Shown piece by piece: positions 55,401 through 64,000 of a DNA stretch of 64,000 nucleotides. A program made the translations under genes and the position numbers. Each line of letters begins with the position of its first letter. Position 1 is the stretch's first letter. The DNA comes from Phoronis australis (taxonomy: Eukaryota; Animalia; Phoronida): NCBI GenBank assembly GCA_002633005.1, contig NMRA01000033.1, forward strand, positions 494,561 to 558,560. The letters run 5' to 3'. The notes under the pieces are model-generated. The model worked only from the letters and a program-made list of their open reading frames with translations. It made no database searches and was not told where the DNA came from.

Positions 55401-58400
55401 TATTAAAAAAATCACAGCTTAACCCACAGTTCAAGAGTGATCCGACATTAACACCTCTAACAATATGGTGGATGTCAAACACAAGTCACTCTGCCATAAC
55501 TTTAAATTGTTTGCAATGAAATATAGAACACGTTACTAATCCATTTTTAGAAACTTCATTTTCATTAAAAGCATTGACACCCTATCCATACATTACTGCA
55601 GAACTTTTTACTTTCCAAATATGGAAAAGATCAGTTGATGACAGACAGATCTACAACAAATCATAACCCTATGTACTCCGGGGGGAAATTACAACAGATG
55701 TCCATACCTATCAATTTATGATGGCCAATAAAAGAACTTTTAAAGTGAGTGTACCAAAATACTTGCACACCTATTACTCCTATCAGCGACTTAAATGGAA
55801 TACTCTCAGTTTGTATGGAATTTTTCAAGAGATTATTTGTTATTGTGTTCTGTGTTCACTGTTTAATGTTATTAAATTTCTTTAAAAATTGTGATTGCTA
55901 TATTATCAAAACCATACCGTCTATGAGTATAAGCAGGCTAAAATTCACCTTGCCATGCATACAATGTCGACACGCATGTGGTGCGTCCTATTAACACAAC
56001 AATATTGGTCAACAGGTTACACAGCTTAATTGAAAAGCATGGCTGGGCATCAGCTTTCACTACGGTTACTATTAATACCAAATGACAAAGTGAAAACTAC
56101 TTGTACAGTATAATGAAGAGTACTCAGTGTCTCAATCAATAATTAGAAAACTGAAAAAGTATTTGATTAAATATGTTCACGCTTCACTCAACTATAATGT
56201 GAAAAAAATGTCATGTCAGTGACATCTCATTGTCTCCCAGCCACAGTCGTGTTCTGAAGGTCATGAACATGTGTAGCATGCGGCCGTGCTTCCAACAACA
56301 AAAAACTTGACTAGTTTGGAAAACAATGAACAAGGTTGCAGTGTTTTGTTTCATTTTAATATTATTGTGAACATCATGCTGATCAAGCTTAATAACAACC
56401 CCAAGTGTTCCTCTTACTAGAAGTGAGAGGTTAGCATGTGAACTGCTGATGACTCGGGTCAACAAAAAATGTCAGATGATCAACAGGGTGAGCACATTTT
56501 GTCTCATGTTCTTTACTTATAAGGAAATGATGCATTTTTGAATTGATAATTTTCTCGAGTCAAAAAATAAATTAAATCTTAGAATTTTACAAATTCTCAG
56601 AAAGTAGAGCTAGCTATCTAACAGTATTTGACGTGTTCTAAGGCTACAGTAAGTTTTACACTCTATATAGTATTTTGAAACAAGCAAATCACAGAAAAAA
56701 TACTTAAGATGTTCCAAGTTTGCAAGTATGGTTGGGGTAGTACGCAGTATCGGTATACAATTGGCAGCATCGTTCTCAGTACCGTACTGATTTTCAAATT
56801 ATGGTACACAACCCTAATGACTAACAACGGCTCTCCTACTTACATGATACTTTTTTGACCCAACCTCGTTTGTAACCAAGTGAGTAATTTCTTTTGTGAA
56901 TACCCCGCTTACTTCACCACACATCAGTTTGACTTTGTTGTGAATGTCCTCCTGAAACACAAAGTTCAGTTAATTAAATGTCTAGCACGATAACAGAGCA
57001 ATACAAACACATAGACCTAATTCAACATTGTACAAGTGCATATATGTAGATAACATGCCTATTCGAAGTAATGTACCCAAATTCAATAGTCACTGGGTCA
57101 AAGGTATGCTATACAGAATGGATCCATGTTTAATGACACGTCAAAATTAGTCACATCTCAAAATTTTCAAAATGTCACAGGAAAGTCTCAATTGTCACAG
57201 TTTTTTGGTGCTTTTTGCAGATATAAGTCAAATCAATTTTGCTTGAGTCACGTATGCAAGACAAACAACTGCAAACCCAACAAACCACTAACAGCCGACT
57301 TGGATTAGCAAATTTCTCACATTTTGTCACTGAATTCTCAAAACGTCACAGAGTTTCAACCACGCAAGCTTTGTCAAAGAATGTCACCATGTCACAGGAA
57401 ATCCATTCTCTGACATTAGCAGACAGCAGCGGAACAAAAACAAATCGGCACGATCCGATACGCCACTTGGAATACACAGCGGAAACAAGTTACACTCACC
57501 CTCACTGACTTGGCCAAGTTAGTACAACTGATAAGCAGCCCATTCATTGCCATATTATAGATGGGACGGCGCACTCTGGGAAGAGCCTATGGAAAGAGAC
57601 GTGTATAGATATCCTGAGAGGCAGGAAACATGCAGAGGACATAAGTACAAAGAAAAATGTCATAGAATTGAAATTTGGGAAGTCTTGTTCAGTTCAACAC
57701 ATAGCTGCTCATGAAGGCCAGGGCAACAATATAGAAGGTAAGCACTTAGTAACTCAATTGAGCCATCAAATATTTTTCCCGTAAACACGTTTAATGTCTT
57801 TTCGACAGATGGCATGTCGTGGGAATACTGCAACCATATTTGGGCAAAGACGGTACTTTTTGCTTATATCCGACTATCACCCTGCAATTTCAAAGTCAAA
57901 TTTGGATAAAAGCCGCATTTTTCGGCAGTTACTGTATGATGCAGTCTCGTGATCAGTCACAGCAAGTACACTTGCGTAACTATATTGCTGCCAATTAAAA
58001 TTAAAAGATATCAGGGTCTATCAAAAATGTCTGCTCGCTGTTCGGAAACTATGAGACAAAATTGACAATTGTTATGTACATTGTGTTGCATTTAGTAGCT
58101 GGTGTTTCAGATTATCGAAAGGGTGAACACTACCACATCCATGAAAGGGTGAACACTACCACATCCATGAAAGGGTGAACACTACCACATCCATGAAAGG
58201 GTGAACACTACCACATCCATGAAATGGTGAACACTAACACATCCATGAAATGGTGAACACTACCACATCCATGAAAGGGTGAACACTACCACATCCATGA
58301 AAGGGTGAACACTACCGCATCCATGAAAGGGTGAACACTACCACATCCAGGATGCAAATATCAGGAGCATTACAAAGAAAAGAAGCCCACTCGGTCATTT

Positions 58401-61400
58401 CCAAACTCTTGGACGGTGGGCTTACGGACAGAGAAAACGGCAAGAAATGCACCCCCATTTTTTTCATAAAAAACAACTTAAGACCTGCATGTCATATCAA
58501 TACTGTCCAAAAATATGAGACAGCAGAGACACTATGAAAGTCTTTTCTGTAGCAGTCTATACAATAATCATGGTGATAAAAAAATCTTTCCAATGAAACT
58601 GCAATTTCACGAGTTCATTGATATGGAGCTGGACCTAAGTAAGCTTACATACAAAGATCGGTGGCCGTACCTAAAATGACGAAGAACCGTACTTCAATGT
58701 AGGTTCGGCATGCAAAAAGAGTGGCCTTGATAAAAATGACAATCTTTAATCATTCGATAGACTTGGAGACTTCAAACTTATTGGTTTGAATTTCCAGTCG
58801 TTTCCAAGCCTAATCATCTGGTTTATGAGTCTTCAGTGAGTACAAGGCAAGATTATGTTAACTCGATTTGACATTTTCTGACTGGGAGGTGGTATACAGG
58901 TGATTATTTTGGTATTACTGCAAAGAGCAGACAACGCTTCATTATTTCATTCATTACCGGTAAAATTCTATTGAAACAAATTGAAATATTGAACTTAAAG
59001 CGTGACCAACTTCCAGTTCATGAGTGCGACTGAGCAGACGTACCTTGGCATTTTTGATTCCTATGTGGTGCTTACATTCTTTAGAAATGAAGACCTTAGT
59101 ACTTTATTGTCAAGACTAAGCACGTAACCTAAACACTTCATTGACTTCAAAAGAATTCTATTGTAAGACATGAAGTTTTTTCTTGAAAGGATGATTCTTG
59201 ATGATTGACTGGAATCGCGATGGCAAACCAGGATAGAAGCCTAAAGCAGAATATGCAAGGCATTTTTTAATGTATTTTGTACTACGGTACTACCATTTTT
59301 GAAAATGGAAATATTGCCAAGACCAGATTAGTATGTTACGAATTCAATGATCTTTGTGCTTAAATTCATATGCTTCTTTGCAAAATTTTTTGAAATGACT
59401 TGGAGGACTGCATGGTCCCCGTGAACGTAATTTTAAGTTGTACATTTTCCTTTTAAAAATTCCTTTTTCCTTATGTTTATTGGAAACTATATCATTTTAA
59501 GTACAACCATCAATTGAGGTATGTAGTTAGATTTAAAGTCGACCCCACTTGTTCACTATGACGGGTGTTCATGTGATTGTCGTAACTATCTTTCAAAAAA
59601 TCTGGGCCCCTGACTTTTAGTCTCGGCTCCTAAGACTTGAAAGCTAGTGGCCCAGTTGGCGACTACCAGGGTTCAACATTAACTTTTTAAGCCACTTGCC
59701 CTTCGGGCAAGTAGTTGAAATTTTTACTTGCCCGAACAACAAATTCACTTGCCCCAAGTACAATCCCAAATAGCACAGTGCATGTGCACACCTAGGTAAT
59801 GTGTTACCGTAGGGCTGCCTGCTCTGAGCCTCCTCTTGTGTCGTGCATGCTATGAGTTAAAATCAAATTTTAACATACAATAATGCCACGTATACTTTTA
59901 TTTTCAATAAATAATTACATTTTTGAAAAACAGATAGACCGCGAAAAAGTCACCCTTCAGAAGTTCAGAGCGACAATCCTGAAGACCGTATTCCTCTTCT
60001 TTCGGGAGTCACCAGCGAGAGCCGGGAATTCATAAGAATTTCCTTTAGAATTCCCCCTGAATAAATACCAGGCCTTTAAAACTGCTGTGTAGTGTAGAAA
60101 ATATGTGGTCAATCATTCACTCTTTAGGTTTTGTGCTTACCTGTATGACTTACACATCCGCCGACGAACGCGGTGCTTCCAGCTCGGTACATGGGTAAAC
60201 GCCGGCAAAAATCACACGTCATCCCTAGTTCACTGTCTCGCAGGACAGGAAACCTAACTTCCCATGACGGAAACCATCCCCGCACTCCTTTTGTTTCATA
60301 TTGTTGCTTTGATTCTTCCCGAACTCGTTTTTTAGCATCTGGACGGCTTCCTTGTTTGGACGTTTTGCCAGAGTGCAGACGATCAGTAGTATCACGTGAC
60401 AACTTATTCAGAAACTGCAGGGCACGTTCAGAGAATCTAAAGGATTTGACCGCGGGTGTCATCTGTGCACGCTGCATCACACTCGTTCTATTTTCCTTTC
60501 GGCGCTCATTTGAAGACGGGAGTTTCTTTGACGGCCACACGGGCTTTTTCGATGGTTTTTAGGCTTGTGTCGGGGTTCGTTACTTTGTAGCAAATGTCGA
60601 GCAGACAATCTTAGGATCTCCGTGCCTATGCAGCTAGCTTTTTAACATGCCCATCGGGCAAGTACTTTTCAAATTCCACTTGCCCGACGCAAAATCTACA
60701 TGTACACGGGCAATCGGGCAACTGTTAGTGTTGAGCCCTGGACTACGCAGTTTTAGTTAAGATACATCCCTGACTTTATATCATAAACACACTACTTAAT
60801 TCTAGTGATGAAAAGTTAAATAGAAAGTTTCAAACATTATGGCATACAGTGCACTACAATTTATTCTGAAACTTAAAAATGTTTTGAATGATTAGAAAAG
60901 TTGTGGCATAAAAAATCACCATCACCATAACGACAAGAAAACTACAGCACTATTATCAAATCTGCCCATATTTCAACTCACTGTTTGGCTGAGTAGACAC
61001 GAGAGGACACACTGTGGGCCATACAGTCTACTTTCCTTGGACAACAGGTGGTCAAAAACCTTGCCCTCGAATGGATCGATCACATACACAGAGTCTGCTT
61101 CACGAGAGGCCACCTTAAGACATTGCTGACTAGTCACCCATACTGGTTCCAGTCCGTTCTTCTCTAACCCCTTTAAAAAGGATATCAAATGAATGTTGGC
61201 AAAGCGGAATATCTAGTAATTAGCACTGCATACTGATTGAGAAGCTACGATTTGATCTGAAATCCATACTTGAATAAAATACATGATATTCTGACAATAT
61301 TTGTAACAAAATTTGTGAGGTTTAAGAAATGCACAAGCTTTTGGGAATTGTGCTGCTAGACTGTTCAACCTTTTAACAAACACTTGGAAATAATTCTGTG

Positions 61401-61745
61401 TTTTATATTGTTTAATTGTTGGCATGTTCCTAGCTGAAAAAAGGACACTCATAAATCAACAGCTGACTAGTTATACATATATATAAATTTCTAAAACGTT
61501 ACCCGAGGAGCAGGTACTTTTTGAATATCTTATAAGCAATTCATCAATAAGTATTCAAAGCACTATCGATGTTGAGTACAGGTAGGTATACCTACCATTC
61601 TTGTCTGTGACTCACAATTTCCAGTAAATCGCAAATAATATCAACAAATCAACACGACTTTTTAAAAGGTACTTACTTCAAATGCTTCTGTAAGCTGGGG
61701 CGTTATCTCGCCACATTTCACTACCTTCACCTTTAATTCTGCCAT
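26317..61745 (-). CDS. TOPBP1: DNA topoisomerase II-binding protein 1 (multi-BRCT scaffold with ATR-activation domain), ~1627 aa, 34 coding exons
   Basis: Frame-continuous exons (5'->3'): 61677-61745, 60982-61170, 57500-57586, 56844-56951, 55153-55348 (or 53527-53722), 52668-52883, 52157-52422, 50917-51080, 49947-50072, 49401-49534, 48804-48881, 48283-48390, 47465-47574, 46396-46568, 45629-45757, 44466-44886, 43695-43814, 43294-43371, 42527-42640, 40815-40964, 39177-39260, 38641-38709 (or 36993-37061), 37965-38062 (or 36325-36422), 35404-35676, 35013-35056, 34241-34333, 33066-33307, 32345-32426, 31781-31911, 30450-30543, 28816-28922, 27734-28051, 27015-27157, 26317-26386. Supporting motifs: BRCT repeats ([25 protein letters not shown]; [25 protein letters not shown]; [20 protein letters not shown]; [12 protein letters not shown]), [21 protein letters not shown] and a basic C-terminal NLS. 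Confidence 0.96.
28601..28715. mobile_element. 115-bp palindromic mini-element flanked by TTAA (Kolobok-like MITE)
   Basis: Left arm AGGGGCAATAGTCTGATATAACGTGCC matches the reverse complement of right arm GGCATGTTGTATCAGACCATTACCAT; TTAA on both sides. Confidence 0.6.
28989..30333. mobile_element. Non-autonomous Kolobok-like DNA transposon in a TOPBP1 intron
   Basis: TTAA|GGTAGGTGGATACAC ... GTGTATACACCTACC|TTAA: TIRs starting with purines and a TTAA target duplication; no transposase ORF. Confidence 0.8.
29299..29802. mobile_element. Nested hAT-like MITE inside the Kolobok-like element
   Basis: TIRs CAGGGCTTGGAAT / ATTGCAAGCCCTG with repeated subterminal CGCGGAAA motifs; no clear TSD. Confidence 0.6.
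30824..31010. repeat. Degenerate palindrome / short MITE
   Basis: AACACCACTGTAGTTTC..TTCACAGACAGTTG..ATCATCAGGT pairs with ACCTGATGAT..CAATTGTCTGTGAA..GAAATACAGTGGTGTT. Confidence 0.65.
32583..32622 (-). ncRNA. Degenerate hammerhead ribozyme motif (probable PLE relic)
   Basis: Minus strand CTGAA-GTCCG(TGAGATG)CGGAC-GCAAC-GTC: stem II and the cleavage triplet are present, but the core lacks GA and GAAA is changed to GCAA. Confidence 0.45.
33891..34230. repeat. 17-bp minisatellite starting immediately after a TOPBP1 splice donor
   Basis: Unit ~CACGTAAATGTAACGGA / CACGTAAATGTACTGGC, about 20 copies. Confidence 0.93.
34612..34832. mobile_element. Dispersed MITE family C, copy 2 (inverted)
   Basis: CCCGTCATGACAGCTAATTCTGTTAA and CTAACTTTCCTG.TAATTC match the reverse complement of 24800-24997. 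Confidence 0.55.
35771..39045. repeat. Tandem ~1640-bp duplication carrying two TOPBP1 exons (probable haplotype duplication)
   Basis: 35771-37409 is near-identical to 37411-39045, joined by a single n at 37410. Confidence 0.9.
40055..40560. mobile_element. Degenerate foldback element
   Basis: ~40060-40232 aligns as the reverse complement of ~40383-40555, e.g. TGATCACAGAATCTTTGTGC vs GCACATAAGACTGCGTGATCA. Confidence 0.5.
41119..41718. repeat. 35-bp minisatellite (~17 copies)
   Basis: Unit CTAAAACACAACAGGAGTATCGAGGCCATCTGTGA. Confidence 0.96.
43468..43672. repeat. ~65-bp tandem repeat (~3 copies) filling much of a short TOPBP1 intron
   Basis: CATGAAGGTCATTAC...ATTTATTAATGT...ATAACGACCCCTCAG repeated. 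Confidence 0.85.
46905..47175. repeat. ~42-bp AC-rich minisatellite
   Basis: Unit ~ATATGCTCAATATACAGAGACAAAACATACAACATACATGAG. Confidence 0.88.
47787..48026. mobile_element. Harbinger-like MITE, copy 2 (inverted relative to 12952-13199)
   Basis: GGGCCCGTTCCAACAAA...TTTCTTGGAACAGGC; the body is the reverse complement of copy 1. Confidence 0.75.
50222..50292 (-). mobile_element. tRNA-derived SINE-like head (degenerate)
   Basis: Minus strand GGTTCCGATGACTCAGTAG (A-box-like) ... CCGGGTTTGAGTCCCGG (B-box/T-arm-like); no complete cloverleaf. Confidence 0.5.
52447..52477. repeat. (AAT)n microsatellite next to a splice acceptor
   Basis: About 10 ATA/AAT units. Confidence 0.9.
53095..53543. repeat. 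43-bp minisatellite containing a TOPBP1 exon end and splice donor
   Basis: Unit AGCTTACCTTCACTGTCTATCAGTTTATTATGAACCCTACCGT, ~11 copies; the last overlaps exon 53527-53722. A partial second array lies at 54955-55169. Confidence 0.93.
53330..56481. repeat. Tandem ~1.6-kb duplication carrying one TOPBP1 exon (probable haplotype duplication)
   Basis: Sequence up to 54831 is repeated at 54955-56481; a single n lies at 54832; the exon copies encode identical peptides. Confidence 0.88.
54833..54954. mobile_element. Terminal fragment of a hAT-like element
   Basis: Repeated TGCGACCTGG subterminal motifs ending in GCGTCGAGCCCTG (reverse complement of a CAGGG-type TIR); truncated by the n join. Confidence 0.6.
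58117..58348. repeat. 26-bp minisatellite (~9 copies)
   Basis: Unit GAAAGGGTGAACACTACCACATCCAT. Confidence 0.96.
59667..60740 (-). mobile_element. Internally deleted hAT-like DNA transposon with 6-bp TSD and N-terminal zinc-finger remnant
   Basis: TIRs CAGGGTTCAACATTAAC / GTTAGTGTTGAGCCCTG, GACTAC on both flanks, and subterminal ACTTGCCCG repeats. Minus ORF 60124-60540 contains [12 protein letters not shown]...MTCDFCR...FVGG, which resembles the TTF/ZNF862-type finger of hAT transposases. Confidence 0.85.
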
Positions 61746-63759
61746 TTGAACATCACATCAGCATCTAAAACACAAAGTGTGAAATATGGTAAAACACCAC
61801 AGCACTCGACGCTGCTTGACGACAAGTCACCAAATGTGACTTGGAGAAAATCCCAAGTTGCCAAACAGGTACTCATCTAGCGGTGTGGACAGCACGGCCA
61901 AGGCAGAAAAACGAAGGCCTGTTTCAAGACAACCTCGGCAAAAATGATGGCTAAACGAAAAATTCTGACATTCACGATTAATAAATTTCATTCAAACCTA
62001 CAATCCATTGTTTTAATTCAATAAATTAGAGACTATTGGCGTCTATTTTTACTGCAAATGTCGCAGTGACGATACGTAAATACTGGCAGCCATGTTTTTG
62101 GCGGAATAACTTCCTGTTCTGCGACGTCAGGGTGACCCTCATACAGAATCCCCCATATGGCCAGTGTCAAGAAATATTGCATTCAGCACTATCTTCCCAT
62201 GAATGGACAATTAATCTTTGAAATTGAAGTATACAGAACCGAAGTTCAAAGGATTTGCTGTACCCCTAATGCTAGTTGCCGACGCGGAAGTTTCACGTTT
62301 GTAATCGAGAGTATAGTGGTCTTTTGGATTGGAGGAACAAGAGGCACTTTTTCAAAAGTTGATCGCATGGCGGAAAATCGTGCACTAAAAAAGCTTATAA
62401 AAAATTATGTATCAGTGATAATTCGTGACAAAAAGATTACAAACTTATAAATAAAGATCAAGGTAACAATTAATAACAAAAAATTGTCTTATACTTAACT
62501 TTGAAGTCTGAAATCAGGTAATTTACCAAAGTGGGTTTTACATGGAGACAGATATCATGGAGCTCCATGATCTACTTTTTGATTGTCCTACCTAAGGTCA
62601 CAGGCACTCGAATTTCCCGATGACTCGTAACCATATATAAGAAACATAAAGGTTGGACATTAAAACCTTGCCAAGCCAAGGCTGCTAACTTCAACTGTCC
62701 CAAAACCAAATAAAATCTGTGTACATTTCCCTCAGACTGGTATTGCATAAACCTCTAAAGCCTGATCGTTCCCTGATCTCATTAAATTATCCCTGTGAGT
62801 GGTGAATTGGCGACGAATTTTCAAAACAATCTCAAAACTCTGAATTCAAGGACCTAAAATAGTTAACATGGCGGATTCCAGATGTGCTTTAACTCGTAGG
62901 CCTGTTGAAAATAAAATTTCGAGTTTGAGCAAGCAACCCCTATGCCAATTTCAATGATTGAGGTTATTAAAATTAACCTTACACGTAAGAGTAATTTGTT
63001 TCTTCTTATAGTTCATTTTAACCCTTAACCTAGAACTTAATTGCAAGAACCGGTGTATCCTGTGTTTGATCTTGACATAATGTGCTAATCTTTGTTGAAG
63101 CACAACAAACACTCGGTTTTTAGTGGACATTTCCCAATGTCTGACCACACGTTTAGTCGCAGTAAATCACCATCCGCAAATGCCGTATTTCGCAGTACGC
63201 CAAAGTTAGAAGCCAGCAACCCGTGGTACCACAGTTGTAAACAATGTTGTTTCACATAATCAGACTTTAAATACATTCAAACTGATACTAACTCATGTGA
63301 AGGGCACTCAAACAACATTCATGGGGGCACGAAACAGGGCTTCAGCATTGCTTCAGGAGCGTCCGCTGAAAAACCGGATGCTCGAAGGTCGTCTGCCATG
63401 AATGTCCTACGTCACAAAATAAGGTACTTGAATTTGTGATTTTAGCATTTTCTTGACATTTTTGTCGTCAAATCACCACTCGAAGCCAATTTGAAGTGAT
63501 CAAGTGAAAGAAGATATTCAAAGATTTGTTCGATGCTAGCTTCGTGGAGTTCCATGCACATTTGCGTAGAAAATTCCGAGCAAACAGATTTTGAGTGTCT
63601 AACCTTTGTGCTTTCTTAGTATTGAGTGACATCAGTCGTCAGTGGTGATTGGGTAACAGATAAACTCATATCACTGCCTGTGCCTAAGCTAAGGTGTCCA
63701 TCTATGACTATGCACAAAAGGTATAGTCCGGTTACCTATTGTCGTCAGGCTCCAAAGGT

Positions 63760-63895
63760 CGTCCGCCATCTTGTTTCGCGTGCAGCGCAACCACGCGGGA
63801 CTTAGCGTTCCAATTTGGAGTGCTCGTCTGCACGTTAGGTACTAACTTATCGGAAGAGACACGTATCAAAGTAATGAGACAAAAATCGGTGAGTT
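63760..63895 (+). promoter_or_regulatory. Possible promoter / first exon of a neighbouring gene
   Basis: CpG-richer patch with CGCCATCTT (YY1-like), then ATGAGACAAAAATCG followed by a consensus GTGAGT donor; no downstream exon in the window. Confidence 0.3.
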
Positions 63896-64000
63896 TACCG
63901 ATTGTTTTTTAAAACCACTTAAAAATCAGTAGATTTTACTAATACACTTTTTTGTGCGTTTTCAGAAGATGTTTTCGAATTTAAATTTTCTTCCGACGGG

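Noticed and set aside
41119-58348. CRISPR-like appearance of the 35-bp and 26-bp arrays
   Set aside because: Units are head-to-tail with no unique spacers, there are no cas genes, and the context is eukaryotic introns.
58795-58840. CTGAAGA...GAAAC hammerhead-like motif on the minus strand
   Set aside because: Stem II does not close and the triplet is GAC rather than NUH.

Overview
AT-rich, intron-rich animal (probably invertebrate) genomic DNA from a draft assembly: two N-gaps and four single-n joins. It is not prokaryotic. I reconstructed three spliced genes by hand from splice sites and reading-frame continuity: (1) the 5' part of SLC35F5 (minus strand, 3-5087, runs off the left edge); (2) a divergent ~1139-aa SKICH/coiled-coil/UBZ-type zinc-finger protein of the TAX1BP1/CALCOCO family (plus strand, 13230-22426); (3) a complete 34-exon TOPBP1 (minus strand, 26317-61745, ~1627 aa) with its ATR-activation motif. 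Introns and intergenic DNA hold Penelope-like retroelement relics, non-autonomous hAT-, Kolobok- and Harbinger-like elements, palindromic MITEs and many minisatellites. Two observations stand out. (a) In two unrelated genes, a minisatellite unit is the exon's last bases plus its 5' splice site, creating arrays of decoy donors. (b) Minimal hammerhead ribozymes sit in intronic Penelope relics; those with an intact core are antisense to the host gene and the sense copies are broken. Two ~1.6-kb exon-containing duplications in TOPBP1 are probably uncollapsed haplotypes. No database searches were run; gene names come from recognising motifs.
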